Positions 60,801-64,000 of a DNA stretch of 64,000 nucleotides are shown one piece after another. The stretch's first letter is position 1; every line of letters starts with the position of its first letter. The DNA is from Vicugna vicugna (Eukaryota). The notes under the pieces are model-generated. The model was not told where the DNA came from. It worked only from the letters and a program-made list of their open reading frames with translations, and did no database searches. The stretch spans positions 12,197,009 through 12,261,008 of the forward strand of contig MU058781.1 in the NCBI GenBank assembly GCA_013265495.1, read 5' to 3'. A program made the translations under genes and the position numbers.

Positions 60801-63483
60801 ATCCAAGACCAAAATTGTGGGAAAGTTACAATGGTATAATATATGTGCAATGGAAATATCAGAAGGAGAAGTAAGAGAACAAAAACAGGAGAAATACTTG
60901 AAGCAGTAATTACTGAGAATTTCCCAAAAGTAACGATTGGCACCAAACCATAGATGGAGGAAGCTCAGAGAAGATAAACAGAGTTAATACACACAAAAAT
61001 TATACCTAGGCATATTATGTTCAAACTGCAGAAAATTAAAGATAGAGAAAAATTCTGAAAGAAGCCTGAAGGGAAAAAAGACAGGGGAGCTGGGTTTAAA
61101 TTTATAATTCTTAGATTCTACTGGTCACAAATCCCTGGTCACTGATCTGGGGCTTGACCGCTTCTGTTCCTACCCAGATCCATTCTCACACTGCTAGGAG
61201 TTTTGAATGGCTCTGGTAGAAATTCTTGCCTTCTCTATCATGCTCCACCTATATTCCCTGCAAATAGCTTTGTCTGCTACCCACCTTGGCCAAGCCTCAA
61301 TTCAATGAATGTGGGAAAGAGTCCTGCCAGGTCTGAAAAAGTCTTGGCTGTATATGAGCAAAAATTTCTGGGAGTGATGACTAGAAAGGTCATGAGTTCT
61401 GATGAACTTCTAATCATGATGCCACAGACTTCTACCCTATGAAGAGGGCTTGGCAGGAGGGAGTCCAGAATGGGCTCGCAACAGTGTGGAATCCAGGACA
61501 AGGCACCTCTTGCGTGGGCTTCAGAGCAGCTCTGATGGAAGCCATAAGTGATCTCCGCAAGGGCTCTTCATAGTAGAATGGGTCAGACACTAGCCAGATG
61601 TAAGTTGAGGGGAGAGTGGGTGGCTAGGAAACAGAGGCAGTGGGTATACACAGATTGTGCAATAATTTTGACTGTTAAAAGGGAGGTAGCTTGAAAGAGG
61701 AGGCAGGGAAAGGGAGACATTATAGAGATTTGAGAAGAGCAGAGAAGTTTTGAGAAGTTGAAGTAGTATTTGTGGAGAGAAACACAGCAGGACAGCCAGG
61801 TTGTTTTAAGTGCAAATATGAGTGTGTGGTTCACTTTGCTCTGTTTGGTAATTTTCTCCAGCAATTATCAGCTGCCTGAAGGCAGATATTATTTTGTTCT
61901 TTAAAAGAGTATTGATTTGATTTAGATTTATTTAAGTTTATTGAGAAGACCATTCAAATGGAGCAAAAAAAAATCTTGGTTTTGGTTCTGCCTCTGCCAC
62001 TAACTTGAGCAGATCATTTCATATCTATGGGCACTGGGTTGATTTATTGTAAAAGAGTTGTGGAGGCAGGTACTTAAATCTCTATACTGCTACCATCTAA
62101 ATGATGACACTTGTCCTCTATTTGAAGTGATAAGAAAAAGCACATGAGGCAATTCATGGTAAGGCTGTTATCATAGTATAATGCATATAGTCCCTTTCTT
62201 TGAATGGGACACCCATGAGAATTGCAAATGACATATGTTGCTGTACACATGTATATGACGTTGAGATGGGAATACAACATGAATATTGGTGCTCGTCCAA
62301 CTTTTGATCAGCAGTGTTGGGCAGCAATAATTATTGAAAAATTTTTCTTATGTGGAGCTGAAACTTCACCTTCCTTGTAATTCCTGCATGTTAGGTTTTG
62401 TTTTGTAATGCCGAGCAGGTATACATTTCTCTTATATGACAGTCCTACAAGGTATGCTGTCTCAAGTTTTCATTTCACTAGGCTAGACAGTTCCAAGTTT
62501 TCCAGCCCCTTTCCTGATGCAGGGTTTGTGTATCATCACTAGATTTAGTAAGAACATTATATTTGGTTTTTATTTTAATGTTTAAAAAATACTTAATAAT
62601 AACTGGGATTTTATAGAAAGAGACTCACCAAAAATATAAAAGACCATGGGCCATCCCAGGGAGTCAGAGATGAATCCAGTCAAGAGCATGACAACACAGG
62701 GTCCTAGCAGGAGTCCTAATCAGAAGGCACAAAGAACATCTCTAATGAATGCAGGCATCTGGAAGTCAAGAAAATGTAGCTCCATGGTAGCAGTGAACAA
62801 TTTCCAGTGAAATAAATTTCTATAACATAACACTGAGCAGAACAAAATAATAAAATATTTGTTTTTCTCTTTTTTCTGTTGTTTAAGATAAGGAAGCCTC
62901 TTTTCCATCCAAGACAATTTCCACATCTTTTAAAGTGAGGATGCTGGAATAGATGGTTTCCAAAGCCTGAAAGTTCAAAATACACATGTTTCTCATGGCT
63001 CTAGGGAAGAACACGCTAGACTGAGAAGACAATGGGATTAAACATGCTAGGCCCTACATCATTACCTGATATACTCAGAGTGGTGAGTCGGCCTTGTTCC
63101 AAAGGAGGAGCCCACTTGACCCATATTACTTGCTGAGTTGTAAATGCTATCCCCTGAAAGAGTGATTAGAACATTTGATCTCCAATACTTTTTAAATTCA
63201 CCTTCTGTGAATTTAAACTTTTGGCTCAGTTTTTGCATTCTCTTCATACCTGGAATAGTCCCTGGAGTATTCGGCACACAATGACCCAAATTTCTCCAAA
63301 TTCAGCTGCCAGAGGGATGAGTAGGGTACACAGAGAGCTGAAGAATAATGCAACGCCAGTCATTTTCTTTATGGAGTATATTCCAGATAAATATCCAGCA
63401 GGAATTTGGGCGATGAGTACACCATAGAAGATGGAACTTAAGATGATCCCCTGTATTTCAGGGCTCCAGTTATACACAGGGTT
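41257..63483 (-). CDS. SLC17A1: SLC17A1 (NPT1, renal organic anion/urate exporter); last 9 coding exons, 398 aa plus stop; N-terminus outside the window
   Basis: complement(join(41257-41391,48503-48593,58038-58185,58266-58398,59395-59556,59660-59778,62629-62715,63066-63153,63250-63483)). All introns are GT-AG and the frame is open. [17 protein letters not shown]...GIYSIKKM...[22 protein letters not shown]...[15 protein letters not shown] matches NPT1, and it lies tail-to-tail with SLC17A4. Confidence 0.93.
43820..44030 (+). mobile_element. Short L1MA/MB-type 3' end
   Basis: GGGTATAGAGCTTCAGTCATGCAGG...AAAGTTCTAAAGATCT...CCACAATAAAAAG. Confidence 0.7.
44250..46450 (-). mobile_element. Highly degraded old L1 ORF2 fragments
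   Basis: T-rich minus-strand L1 motifs (CAGTACAATGTTAAA; ATTAAGGAAGTTCC; GGACTTTTGCATCTAAGTTCATAAG). Confidence 0.6.
48503..48593 (-). CDS. SLC17A1: SLC17A1 exon (YYGFLKG...GMILSQ)
   Basis: TATAG| acceptor, |GTAAGG donor, 91 nt. Confidence 0.93.
49540..49932 (-). mobile_element. Young 5'-truncated L1 3' end
   Basis: Same 3' UTR family as 55400-55820. Perfect 15-bp TSD TGAAGAGTGTCTTTT (49525-49539 / 49933-49947). Confidence 0.88.
50180..54420 (-). mobile_element. Cluster of ancient L1ME/HAL1-type fragments
   Basis: ORF1-region motif TTTCATAGTTTCTGTTGA(A/G)AAG(T/G)CAGATGTCAG at about 51961 and 54275, plus degraded ORF2 pieces. Confidence 0.6.
54915..56060 (+). mobile_element. Young L1 3' portion with probable 3'-transduced tail
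   Basis: ORF 54920-55327 is the L1 ORF2 C-terminal cysteine-rich domain (LLHCWWEC...C). 3' UTR runs to about 55820. TSD AAGATTCAGA(CG)TCTGA at 54898-54914 / 56061-56075. Confidence 0.88.
57570..57815 (-). mobile_element. MIR SINE
   Basis: TTTACTATGCTCCAGGCACT...ATTTAATCCACTTAATAAC...GAAACTGGCATAGAGAAGGTAAGTAATTTGC. Confidence 0.75.
57823..57858. repeat. (AT)18 microsatellite
   Basis: Read directly. Confidence 0.9.
58038..58185 (-). CDS. SLC17A1: SLC17A1 exon (GLLLPALF...ALDIAP/R)
   Basis: CCCCAG| acceptor, |GTAGGG donor, 148 nt. Confidence 0.93.
58266..58398 (-). CDS. SLC17A1: SLC17A1 exon (NGLLSSLP...IRKLFTSL/G)
   Basis: CCCCAG| acceptor, |GTAAGG donor, 133 nt. Confidence 0.93.
59395..59556 (-). 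CDS. SLC17A1: SLC17A1 exon ([20 protein letters not shown]...NVRE)
   Basis: TTCCAG| acceptor, |GTAAGC donor, 162 nt. Confidence 0.93.
59660..59778 (-). CDS. SLC17A1: SLC17A1 exon (GACGCA...SSLAHQ)
   Basis: GATAG| acceptor, |GTAAAA donor, 119 nt. Confidence 0.93.
60328..60610 (-). mobile_element. L2 3' fragment
   Basis: TTCATTCATTCGACAAATATT...GATTCTAGGTACTGGGAATACAGCAGCGAATAAAACAGAC. Confidence 0.75.
60615..61080 (+). mobile_element. Old L1 ORF1 fragment
   Basis: Peptide [36 protein letters not shown]...CCTAGGCATATTATGTTCAAACTGCAGAAAA. Confidence 0.8.
62629..62715 (-). CDS. SLC17A1: SLC17A1 exon (GLLLGPC...[10 protein letters not shown])
   Basis: ATTAG| acceptor, |GTGAGT donor, 87 nt. Confidence 0.93.
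63066..63153 (-). CDS. SLC17A1: SLC17A1 exon ([30 protein letters not shown])
   Basis: TTTCAG| acceptor, |GTAATG donor, 88 nt. Confidence 0.93.
63250..63483 (-). CDS. SLC17A1: SLC17A1 exon (NPVYNWSPE...ILQGLFQ)
   Basis: TTTCAG| acceptor, |GTATGA donor, 234 nt. Confidence 0.93.
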
Positions 63484-63689
63484 CTGAAAGAAAAAGGAGA
63501 CACATCCAGCCACTCTGCATATGGTTTTCTATGATGTTCAGGACAGCGGGAAAACTGGTCTTCCAGCTTATCCCATGTAAAGTATCTGCCCTCTGCCTAA
63601 TATCCTGTCATGGGACTTCTTTATTCTTTAGAACATCATTTTCTGTGTATAATTACATTTTACGATTAGTATGATGCAGACACGATATT

Positions 63690-64000
63690 TTGGGAATCTT
63701 TATTTCTTATCAAATATGACAATTTCTGTCTGTTAGTGGTGTAGTTAGACCATTCACATTTAGAGATTATTGATATATAGTTGGATTAAAATCTACCATC
63801 TTTTAGCTTTTCTTGCATGGCAGGCCTGCTAGCAATAAACTTCCTTAGTTTTTATTTGCCTGAAAATGTCTTTATTCTCTTTGATTTTTGAGGTAATTTC
63901 ATTGATAAAGAATTCTAGCTTGGCAGGTGGTTTTTGTTTTTTTTTTCATTACTTTAAAGATTTTATTTTATTTTTTCTTCATGTTTGAGTGGTGTCTGGT
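63690..64000 (-). mobile_element. Old L1 fragment
   Basis: GACCATTCACATTTA...TTGGATTAAAATCTACCATC; GCCTGAAAATGTCTTTATT...AGAATTCTAG. Confidence 0.65.

Noticed and set aside
41257..63483. Calling the minus-strand gene SLC17A3 or SLC17A2
   Set aside because: The peptides ([32 protein letters not shown]) and direct tail-to-tail adjacency to SLC17A4 fit SLC17A1 better.

Overview
Mammalian genomic DNA, very probably camelid, judged from three vic-1-type tRNA-derived SINEs and young L1 3' ends. It matches the histone H2B/H2A - SLC17A4 - SLC17A1 neighbourhood. From left to right: (i) the degenerate 3' end of a replication-dependent histone H2B gene (1-101; damaged stem-loop, intact U7-binding element); (ii) a decayed divergent H2B/H2A pseudogene pair around a recognisable bidirectional histone promoter (about 5430-6360); (iii) a complete + strand SLC17A4 CDS in 11 GT-AG exons (20626-35262, 500 aa); (iv) tail-to-tail with it, the last 9 coding exons of SLC17A1/NPT1 on the - strand (63483 down to 41257, 5' end beyond the window). 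The rest is mostly interspersed repeats (L1, L2, MIR, LTRs, hAT DNA transposons, SINEs). Best leads: a 1-bp deletion that moves the SLC17A4 C-terminal PDZ ligand (T-H-L) out of frame, substitutions at conserved transporter motifs in both paralogues, apparent decay of the H2BC1-position histone gene, an L2-derived splice donor 2 nt after the SLC17A1 stop, an L1 3' transduction and a twin-primed L1. I found no evidence of a wholly new biological system. Gene and repeat names come from recalled consensus sequences, not from database searches.
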